Assembly: GCA_946624575.1 (NCBI GenBank)
Contig: CAMOSH010000003.1
Location: 1 to 55,569 of the forward strand
DNA from: an uncultured Verrucomicrobiota bacterium
GTDB taxonomy: Bacteria > Verrucomicrobiota > Kiritimatiellia > RFP12 > UBA3636
DNA length: 55,569 nt
Reading direction: 5' to 3'
Part shown: positions 49,170 to 55,569 of the stretch, one piece after another
Position numbering within the stretch: position 1 is the stretch's first letter
How the letters are laid out: each line of letters starts with the position of its first letter
Translations under genes and position numbers: made by a program
The notes under the pieces: model-generated
Told to the model about the DNA's origin: nothing
Seen by the model: the letters and a program-made list of their open reading frames with translations, nothing else
The model's database searches: none

Positions 49170-49364
49170 GGGATATTCTTCCTTGAATTGTTTTGTTTGT
49201 TAGGTGAAAATTGAAACCCGCTCCCGGCTTTCGCCGGAATTGCGGTGCGGCGAATGATATCAGAACGCGCCTCTTTTGCCAATAGTGTTTTTTTCGCGCA
49301 CGCGCATCGGCGAACCGGTGGTGCGTTGCGCCTCCGGTCCGCCGATGCGGGCGGTTGGGGAATG

Positions 49365-50741
49365 TCACTTCTGCGACGGCAGCTTGGAGAGCGACTCCGA
49401 CAATTCCGCGTCCGTGGGGATCTGGTCCCCCATCTGGCGGTCGTTGTACTTGGCGTAGGCGGTCAGATCGAAGTACCCGGTGCCGGTCAGCCCGAAGAAA
49501 ATCGTTTCCTCCTTTCCTTCGCGCTTGCAGCGCAGGGCTTCGTCGATCGCGGCGCGGATTGCATGGCTCGATTCCGGAGCCGGCAGCGTCCCTTCGGTGC
49601 GCGCGAAGAACTCCGCCGCCTCGAACACGGAAGTCTGCTCCACCGAAACCGCCTCCAGAAGGCCGTCGTGGTAGAGTTGCGACAGTATCGAGCTCATGCC
49701 GTGGAAGCGCAGTCCGCCGGCATGGTTGGCGCTGGGAATGAAGTCAGCGCCCAGCGTGTACATCTTCGCAAGCGGACAGATGCGGCCTGTGTCGCAGTAG
49801 TCGTAGGCGAATTTGCCGCGCGTGAAGCTCGGGCACGACGCCGGTTCCACGGCTACGAACCTGTAGTCCTTCTCCCCGCGAAGCTTTTCTCCCATGAACG
49901 GAGCAATCAGTCCGCCGAGGTTGGAGCCGCCGCCGGCGCAGCCGATGATGACGTCCGGCTTCACGCCCAAATTCTCGAACGCGCGATGCGCCTCCAGTCC
50001 GATGATCGACTGGTGAAGCAGCACCTGGTTCAGGACCGATCCCAACACATAGCGGTATCCATCATGCTTCACTGCGTACTCCACCGCTTCGCTGATCGCG
50101 CATCCGAGGGACCCCGTCGTTCCTGGATGCTCCGCGAGTATCTTCCGCCCGACTTCGGTCGTGTCCGACGGTGACGGCGTCACGTCCGCCCCGTACGTGC
50201 GCATGACTTCCCTGCGGAATGGCTTCTGCTCGTAGGAGCACTTGACCATGTAGACGCGGCAGTCGAGTCCAAAATGCGCGCACGCCATCGAGAGCGCAGT
50301 CCCCCACTGCCCTGCTCCGGTTTCCGTGGTCACACCTTTGAGTCCCTGCTTCTTGGCGTAGTACGCCTGCGCGATCGACGAGTTGAGCTTGTGCGACCCC
50401 GATGTGTTGTTCCCCTCGAACTTGTAGAATATCTTCGCCGGAGTGCCAAGGGCACGTTCGAGAAAGTACGCCCGGACCAGAGGAGACGGACGGTACATCT
50501 TGTAGAAATCCACGATTTCGCCGGGAATCGGGAAATACGCAGTCGTGTCGTCCAGTTCCTGCGCCACGAGTTCGTCGCAGAACACGTGCCCGAGTTCCTC
50601 CGCCGTGCATGGCTCCAGCGTCGCCGGATTGAGGAGCGGGGCCGGCTTGTTCTTCATGTCGGCCCGCAGGTTGTACCATTCTGTCGGGATTTCATGTTCG
50701 GGAAGATAGGTTTTGTACGGGATTTCGGGCATCTTGTTCAT
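49365..50741 (-). CDS. trpB2: Tryptophan synthase beta chain type 2 (TrpB2)
   Basis: WYNLRADM, RPSPLVRA, SGSHKLNS, TETGAGQWG, GSVLNQV, GGGSN, HAGGLRFHG, PAPESSHA. Confidence 0.95.
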   Translation of the reverse strand: MNKMPEIPYKTYLPEHEIPTEWYNLRADMKNKPAPLLNPATLEPCTAEELGHVFCDELVAQELDDTTAYFPIPGEIVDFYKMYRPSPLVRAYFLERALGTPAKIFYKFEGNNTSGSHKLNSSIAQAYYAKKQGLKGVTTETGAGQWGTALSMACAHFGLDCRVYMVKCSYEQKPFRREVMRTYGADVTPSPSDTTEVGRKILAEHPGTTGSLGCAISEAVEYAVKHDGYRYVLGSVLNQVLLHQSIIGLEAHRAFENLGVKPDVIIGCAGGGSNLGGLIAPFMGEKLRGEKDYRFVAVEPASCPSFTRGKFAYDYCDTGRICPLAKMYTLGADFIPSANHAGGLRFHGMSSILSQLYHDGLLEAVSVEQTSVFEAAEFFARTEGTLPAPESSHAIRAAIDEALRCKREGKEETIFFGLTGTGYFDLTAYAKYNDRQMGDQIPTDAELSESLSKLPSQK

Positions 50742-50789
50742 TTTCCTGTCGAATTTCTTGTTTCCGCGCCAAAACGCGCAACGGCCCGG

Positions 50790-50818
50790 ACGATACTACT
50801 AATAGAAACGCATGTCAA
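50790..50818 (-). promoter_or_regulatory. Putative sigma70 promoter of trpB2
   Basis: TTGACA-17 nt-TATCGT. Confidence 0.55.
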
Positions 50819-50844
50819 GAAAAAGTTTGCGATTCTGAAAAAAC

Positions 50845-50873
50845 TTGATTTCGCGGCGGCAATTGACTAGACT
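50845..50873 (+). promoter_or_regulatory. Putative sigma70 promoter of tRNA-Arg
   Basis: TTGATT-17 nt-TAGACT. Confidence 0.55.
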
Positions 50874-50912
50874 CCGGCCGTGCAACGCACCCCCGTTGCG
50901 CGAATAGTTTGC

Positions 50913-50989
<77 letters not shown>

Positions 50990-50993
50990 TTTC

Positions 50994-51039
50994 AAAACCC
51001 CTGTAAACACGCACAAAAGCCAATGTTTACGGGGGTTTT
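50994..51039 (+). terminator. Inverted repeat after the tRNA (terminator or att-associated hairpin)
   Basis: AAAACCCCTGTAAACA ... TGTTTACGGGGGTTTT. Confidence 0.65.
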
Positions 51040-51236
51040 CTCTATCTTGCGGGGTTCGGGCGTGTTCGGGCTTTACCCCCCTATTCCCTGCACGAATCAT
51101 CACCACAAAATCACCACGGCATCCCGGCGCGCATCCCTTGAACGCCACGCGGAGCGGCCTTGACCGCCGCCGCCCTCGACCCCGTAGCGGCCACGGAGAG
51201 AGCCAGGAAGGGCCGTGCCGCCGTCCGGTGGTGCAA

Positions 51237-52355
51237 CTATCCCCGACCGCCCACGCCCCCTCCTTCCTGCGCGTTCCGGCCCATCTCGCGGCGAAGTCCC
51301 GCTGGCGTCCGTCCGTCGCCAATCGCCCCGGCCGACCGGACTCCAGAGTGGCGTATGTCGGGCCGCGCGGAGAACGTCCCCGCGTTGTCAGTCGCGGACT
51401 TGACCTGCGATGAATCCTGATTGAACGGTATGTATTCGTTTGTTGGGATTCCATCGCCAGTCCCGTCCCCGGCGTCAACGACACTGCGGACAATCGGCCC
51501 GTCGAACTGGTCGTCCATGTGGTACATGGTCTCGTTTACAAGCCCGTCGATGCTTGTCCCGCCATCCGGGTTGTCTTCGTCGGCTTCGCCGAACAGGTCG
51601 TCGTTTCCGTTGAAGTTGGCATCGACAATGCGTGGATTTCGAATGTTCACGAAAACGCCATACGGGTTCTTCCTGTATGATCTGGCGACGTCGCGTTCGT
51701 CTGCGGTGTAGATTGCACCGGGGTATATGCCGCCATCCAGATCGCTCCCGTGCCACACGACCAGCGGCTCGCCGTTCTCGTCCACGACCTTCGACACGGA
51801 CGAGGGATTGAAATCTGAAAAGAAAAGTGCTAGTTTTCGGTCTTGACGGGACGTTCGCGCTCCGTCAGGCGACTCGCTCCTACCGGTCTGGAATTCCGGC
51901 AAGGTCGAGTCGTTTCCTTTTTCATACACTTCGACCGACGTCACCTCCGCGCCGTGGATGTTGTTTTGAGCGCCCTTGCCGGGATTGTCCTCCCGGACCG
52001 TGAAGCGGACATAGTGTTCTCCCGCGGCGTCCGTGAATTTGTTGACATACTGGTGATATGCCCGGATGTTCGGGTGCGCCTTGTGGCCCTCGAACTGTGT
52101 CTCGTTTTCGCTCCAAGCCTTTACGGATGTTTCGAACAGTTTCTTGAACGCGCCGATATAGTTGCGCTTGTAGACCATGCGGCCCGCGACGTTCGCCGGA
52201 AACCTGGCCTTGCGTCCGTCGTTCGCGTTCGGCACTTCTCCGAATGTCTCAAACGCTTCCGCAATCGCCGCCTTGTCCGCAAGTGGTGCGTATCCGGAAA
52301 TGTCCAGAGCCGGAAGTTCACGGATTGCGGCGGGGTCGATTTTATCTTGCCACCC
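51237..52355 (-). CDS. C-terminal part of a large polyvalent protein (LPD3-like domain plus ART-PolyVal-like domain), in frame after a TAG
   Basis: Frame continues from 52356-55568 across one TAG; YHQYVNKF..HYVRFTVRE; SKVVDENGEPLVVWHG...VFVNIRNP...QVKSATDN.GTFS. Confidence 0.7.
   Translation of the reverse strand, partial: GWQDKIDPAAIRELPALDISGYAPLADKAAIAEAFETFGEVPNANDGRKARFPANVAGRMVYKRNYIGAFKKLFETSVKAWSENETQFEGHKAHPNIRAYHQYVNKFTDAAGEHYVRFTVREDNPGKGAQNNIHGAEVTSVEVYEKGNDSTLPEFQTGRSESPDGARTSRQDRKLALFFSDFNPSSVSKVVDENGEPLVVWHGSDLDGGIYPGAIYTADERDVARSYRKNPYGVFVNIRNPRIVDANFNGNDDLFGEADEDNPDGGTSIDGLVNETMYHMDDQFDGPIVRSVVDAGDGTGDGIPTNEYIPFNQDSSQVKSATDNAGTFSARPDIRHSGVRSAGAIGDGRTPAGLRREMGRNAQEGGGVGGRG
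51345..51410 (-). repeat. 66-bp direct repeat copy 1 (SQVKSATDNAGTFSARPDIRHS)
   Basis: Matches 55461-55526. Confidence 0.85.
51808..51836 (+). promoter_or_regulatory. Antisense sigma70-like promoter within the polyvalent gene
   Basis: TTGAAA-17 nt-TAGTTT with extended -10 TG, in an AT-rich patch. Confidence 0.5.
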
Positions 52356-55300
52356 CTAGGAATAGTAGCGCGCTTCCCAGTCACCGAACCAGCGCTTGAA
52401 GTTCTCCGTCCGCACCTGCACCCATTGGCGCTCGGCGAGATGCGTGTCGGCGCCGTTGGGCGCCTTCATCCAGCCGGGCTTCTTTGAGCCGTCCGGGTTC
52501 GTGTAGCGGGCGACGACTTCGTCGTACTGGCGCGCAGCTTCGGCGAGTTCGGCGTGTGCGGCGGCGGGGGCCTCGTCTGGCGGGTAGAAGCGGGCCGGGC
52601 CGATGTCGAGGATGGAGCCGACGATGTCCAGGCCGGTGTCGGCCACTACGTCGTCGTAGTCCACGTGCGTTGCGGCGGCGACGGCGGCGCGGCGCGCTTT
52701 CTGCATGGCCTTTTCTCCGGCGACGCCCAGCTCCGCGCCTTCGCCCATGCCGTGGGAGAAAAGATCTGTGGCGCGCGACATGATGCGTTCCTGCTGCATG
52801 TCGCCCAGGATGTCGGCGAATGCGGCGGTGCCGCGCTTCTGCGCGCGCGCTTTGATGTACTTGTCGGCGGCGGCGCGGGCGTCGGCGACGCTTTCCTTGC
52901 TGCCGAGCCGCCGCGCGATGGTGGCGTAGTCCGCGTCGGTGCGGTTGACGTAGCCCAGGCTGTCGGCGGCGATGATGGCGCGGACCATCACGTCGGGCGC
53001 GGTGGAGGTAGGATCCCACGCGTCGGCGCCCTCGCGCGGCCCGATGGAGGCTTGCGCGCCGGGGTTGACAGACGCCGGGGCTTGTGGCAGTGTTGCGGGC
53101 CGAACCGATCCTCCGTTAGAACCTCCTCCTTGAAGGAGCTCCAGCGTTTCGCCCGAAAGCGAACCGATTGCGGCAAGGGTCGGTTTCTCCATGTCTGCGA
53201 TGTCGAACGCGTACCGTTTTCCGCTCTTCGTTTCGAGTATGAGAAGATTGCACGGATAGACGTTGATGCCCATGCCGGGAACGAATACGCCAAACTTGGT
53301 GGGGCAACGATAGAACATTGCACCATTTTTGAACTGTCCGTTCGTGTGCTTCGGAGCCTCTTTCGGGCCGAGAGGCGTTGTTGCGAGGAGGTCTTCGAGG
53401 TTGACGGCCGCGCCAACCTTCGCCCTCCACAATTTCGCAATCTTTCGCTGGCTTTTGGCCTGTTCGGAATTCCAGAACTCTTTGACGAACTTTGGCGAGA
53501 CCTTTACTGGCTTGTCTGTTGGCGCGCCGAGTTGTGCAAACTCCTTGCCGACAATCGTGTTGCGGAGCATGTCCCGGACTTTCGTTTCGTCTTGAGCCTC
53601 TTTTGCCGTCAACAACGAATTGGCTACGACCATCATGTCCCGTCCGTTGATCGGGACGATGCTGTAGCGCTGCTCCCCGTCCACCCACTTGTGGTCGACG
53701 CGGATGTTGTCGTCGCGGAAGGAGACGTAGTTCCAGCCGGCCTCGTCGCCGTTCTTCACGCCCTTGCCGCCCCACGAATCGACCGGGTACTTGATGCCGT
53801 CGATGCCGGCGCGGGCGAGGAACTCGGAGGCGGCCTTCGGGGAGCCGAGGATGGTGGCGATTTCATGATAGAGCGTCTCGCCCGTGCCGACGGGCCTTCC
53901 GTCCTGCAACAAGTCGGAGAGGTCGCCCATCGTATTCCCGGCGTCTCGCCGTTCTGGGAACGCGCCGCCTTCCTTGAACTCGTCCGCGAAATACATGTCC
54001 CGGATGGCGTCGCGAATCCACTTGCGCTGCTCGTCGCTGACCGGCTCGTACCACTTGAGCAGGTGGCGCTCGGTCTCCTCGCCGTCCGCCCGGTCCGTGA
54101 AGAACGTCTGCTCGTAGAGGTTGCTTTGTTTCGGTTCCACCCTCCATTCAGACCCTTCGATCTCCTTCAACGCGCGGACATAGAAGTCGTCGTCTCCGTT
54201 TTTGATTTCCTCGCGAGCCGCTTTTTTGGCCGCTTCAACTGGATCGGACTCCTCCCGGTTCATGTTTATGAGCCATTCGCCGGGAGATTCAAAGTCTCCA
54301 TTTCCGAGAAGTCGTCCATCCTTGTAGATGTTTCTGTCGTCCTTACCGACTTTTCCATACGATTCCGCGACGCCGCGCTGGTTGCTGGCGTAGAGCCCCC
54401 AGCCGTACACCTGCGAGCCTTCGCCGGTTCCGACGTGCTGGAGCGAGGGCGCGTTGTCGATGCGGTAGCCGGTGACGTTGCCGTCCTTGTCCAGCACCGG
54501 GACGCGCTCGGCGTAGTCCGCCGCGCTGCCGGTGTAGAGGCCGGAGATGGAGTAGCGGGGCCGGGCCGGGAGGTTCGCGTTCTGCCACGCGACGGCCCCG
54601 TCGTAGTCGCCGTCGAAGGTCTTCTCCTCCACGGCGTGGCCGGGGTCGGCGACCATGAACACGATTCGCGGCATCCCGTGCCGCTCTCCGAAGCCGTGGC
54701 GCTCGCGCGCCGGGTCCTCCGGCTCGAACGATTCGTCGTAGGCCATGCTCGAGGCGCGCTTGAAGCCGAAGGCACTCTCGTAGAGGCTTGGAAGATTCGT
54801 CTTTCCGGGGAACTGGTAGCAGTCCAGTTTTGTTCCGCCAGACTTCTTGATGAGCGGGAATACGGTCCGCAAAAAGCCCTTTGTCCCTAGGGAAAACACC
54901 GACACGATGTTTCCGTCTTGTTCCACGGCGAAGCCGGAAAGTCCGTCTTCTGACAGCCAGCATTGCACGTCGTCCCCGTAGGAATCGTGCAGGTCAACGG
55001 CGTCTCCGTGCTTTAGATACTGCCTGACGATCGCGAAAACGTCATGGAAGGTCTGGCCATCCACCCGACCGATGCGCAAGTCCGCGCCGGTCTTTATGTT
55101 GGTCAGTAATTGAACACCATTGCCGTTGCGGCGGTATCCAGCCCCCACCCGTCCCGCCAGAACGTCGGCAAGTCGTCTGCGTAGTCCCTCATCAGCCGTT
55201 CGTTCTCCGCTGTGGTATTGGGATACCACTTCTGGAGGAGTTCCGCGACTTTCCTCTTGTAGTCGTCGAAACTCATCGTCTGGTTCGGGTTCTGGCTGGG

Positions 55301-55568
55301 CTCGCTGGACATTGCGGTTTCCTTGTTGGGCGGTTATTGTATCCGCATTGCGGAGGAAATCAAGGGGGCGCGTTCCGCGCACGGCGGGGAGCGAGGAACG
55401 GGGGACTTCGCCCCCCGCACCCCCCGGGGCGGCGTCGGGGGCGCGCTCGGCGGGGGTCACGGAGTAGCGCACGTCGGGGCGCGCGGAGAAGACGCCGGTG
55501 TTGTCCGTCGCGGACTTGACCTGCGAGGGGGAGAAGACCGCCCATTCCCGGTTGAGGTCGCCGTTGTA
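52356..55568 (-). CDS. Large polyvalent protein (5' part outside window): GNAT-like, ART-like and nuclease-like modules
   Basis: Frame open to the window end (YNGDLNREWAVFSPSQVKSATDNTGVFSARPDVRYS); LSEDGLSGFAV..DGNIVSVFS..GGTKLDC..LPSLY...GF; VGTGEGSQVYGWGLY..GIDGIKYP..NYV.F; KAPNG..T.L.E.QW.QVRT.NFK.WFGDWE. Confidence 0.8.
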   Translation of the reverse strand, partial: YNGDLNREWAVFSPSQVKSATDNTGVFSARPDVRYSVTPAERAPDAAPGGAGGEVPRSSLPAVRGTRPLDFLRNADTITAQQGNRNVQRAQPEPEPDDEFRRLQEESRGTPPEVVSQYHSGERTADEGLRRRLADVLAGRVGAGYRRNGNGVQLLTNIKTGADLRIGRVDGQTFHDVFAIVRQYLKHGDAVDLHDSYGDDVQCWLSEDGLSGFAVEQDGNIVSVFSLGTKGFLRTVFPLIKKSGGTKLDCYQFPGKTNLPSLYESAFGFKRASSMAYDESFEPEDPARERHGFGERHGMPRIVFMVADPGHAVEEKTFDGDYDGAVAWQNANLPARPRYSISGLYTGSAADYAERVPVLDKDGNVTGYRIDNAPSLQHVGTGEGSQVYGWGLYASNQRGVAESYGKVGKDDRNIYKDGRLLGNGDFESPGEWLINMNREESDPVEAAKKAAREEIKNGDDDFYVRALKEIEGSEWRVEPKQSNLYEQTFFTDRADGEETERHLLKWYEPVSDEQRKWIRDAIRDMYFADEFKEGGAFPERRDAGNTMGDLSDLLQDGRPVGTGETLYHEIATILGSPKAASEFLARAGIDGIKYPVDSWGGKGVKNGDEAGWNYVSFRDDNIRVDHKWVDGEQRYSIVPINGRDMMVVANSLLTAKEAQDETKVRDMLRNTIVGKEFAQLGAPTDKPVKVSPKFVKEFWNSEQAKSQRKIAKLWRAKVGAAVNLEDLLATTPLGPKEAPKHTNGQFKNGAMFYRCPTKFGVFVPGMGINVYPCNLLILETKSGKRYAFDIADMEKPTLAAIGSLSGETLELLQGGGSNGGSVRPATLPQAPASVNPGAQASIGPREGADAWDPTSTAPDVMVRAIIAADSLGYVNRTDADYATIARRLGSKESVADARAAADKYIKARAQKRGTAAFADILGDMQQERIMSRATDLFSHGMGEGAELGVAGEKAMQKARRAAVAAATHVDYDDVVADTGLDIVGSILDIGPARFYPPDEAPAAAHAELAEAARQYDEVVARYTNPDGSKKPGWMKAPNGADTHLAERQWVQVRTENFKRWFGDWEARYYS
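53065..53093 (+). promoter_or_regulatory. Second antisense sigma70-like promoter within the polyvalent gene
   Basis: TTGACA-17 nt-CAGTGT with extended -10 TG; -10 is weak. Confidence 0.4.
55103..55312 (-). CDS. Nested small protein (69 aa) in the +1 frame of the polyvalent gene
   Basis: Protein-like helical sequence MSFDDYKRKVAELLQKWYP...ENERLMRDYADDLPTFWRDGW; AAGGA SD upstream; own promoter. Confidence 0.65.
   Translation of the reverse strand: MSSEPSQNPNQTMSFDDYKRKVAELLQKWYPNTTAENERLMRDYADDLPTFWRDGWGLDTAATAMVFNY
55336..55363 (-). promoter_or_regulatory. Internal sigma70-like promoter for the nested gene
   Basis: TTGATT-16 nt-TACAAT then AACCGCCCAACAAGGAAACCGCA-ATG. Confidence 0.6.
55461..55526 (-). 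repeat. 66-bp direct repeat copy 2 (SQVKSATDNTGVFSARPDVRYS)
   Basis: Matches 51345-51410. Confidence 0.85.
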
Positions 55569-55569
55569 G

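Larger units (their letters stand above)
50990..55569. mobile_element. Left end of a prophage or integrative element inserted at tRNA-Arg
   Basis: Phage-type polyvalent gene directly 3' of the tRNA; short direct repeats GTTCGGGC x2 (51054, 51064) and ATCACCAC x2 (51099, 51110). No integrase or second att site in the window. Confidence 0.65.

Noticed and set aside
50788-50812. TrpR-operator-like TACTACTAATAG in the trpB2 promoter
   Set aside because: Poor palindrome and no trpR in the window
51110-51239. Readthrough of the terminal TAG as evidence for an alternative genetic code
   Set aside because: The downstream translation is not protein-like and soon stops at TGA; host aspS also ends in TAG
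52554-54890. 778-aa plus-strand ORF
   Set aside because: Antisense shadow of the polyvalent gene with the typical V/G/H/D-rich composition

Overview
GC-rich bacterial chromosome segment. Gene content and protein style suggest a PVC-superphylum organism, possibly Kiritimatiellota (inference only). A housekeeping backbone (nadE, amino-acid ABC ATPase, V-ATPase K, aspS, MlaD, aroB, DsbD-like, pbpC, radical SAM, M42 peptidase, LpxC-like, yebC, trpB2, tRNA-Arg) is interrupted by three accessory regions. (1) 632-9416: a polymorphic toxin-like locus with a 1756-aa membrane-anchored Ca-repeat protein ending in an alpha/beta-hydrolase, two paralogous putative immunity genes and orphan toxin C-terminal fragments; one fragment is fused to the 5' end of an EcoRI-type methylase and another starts with the same MxKTANL leader. 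(2) 19219-27096: a putatively Sec-exported transglutaminase-like/RHS toxin with an Ntox44-like tip, putative immunity genes, a small protein sharing the N-terminal module of toxin (1), and a decayed copy of the RHS 5' end. (3) From about 50990 to the window end: an element integrated at tRNA-Arg encoding a phage-type large polyvalent protein. The most striking observation is in (3). The polyvalent gene carries a complete nested +1-frame gene with its own sigma70-like promoter and Shine-Dalgarno just before a GNAT-like domain, and antisense promoters sit immediately after each of two nuclease-like domains. This suggests each effector module carries its own embedded control or antitoxin element. 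All family assignments come from motif recognition by eye; no database searches were run.
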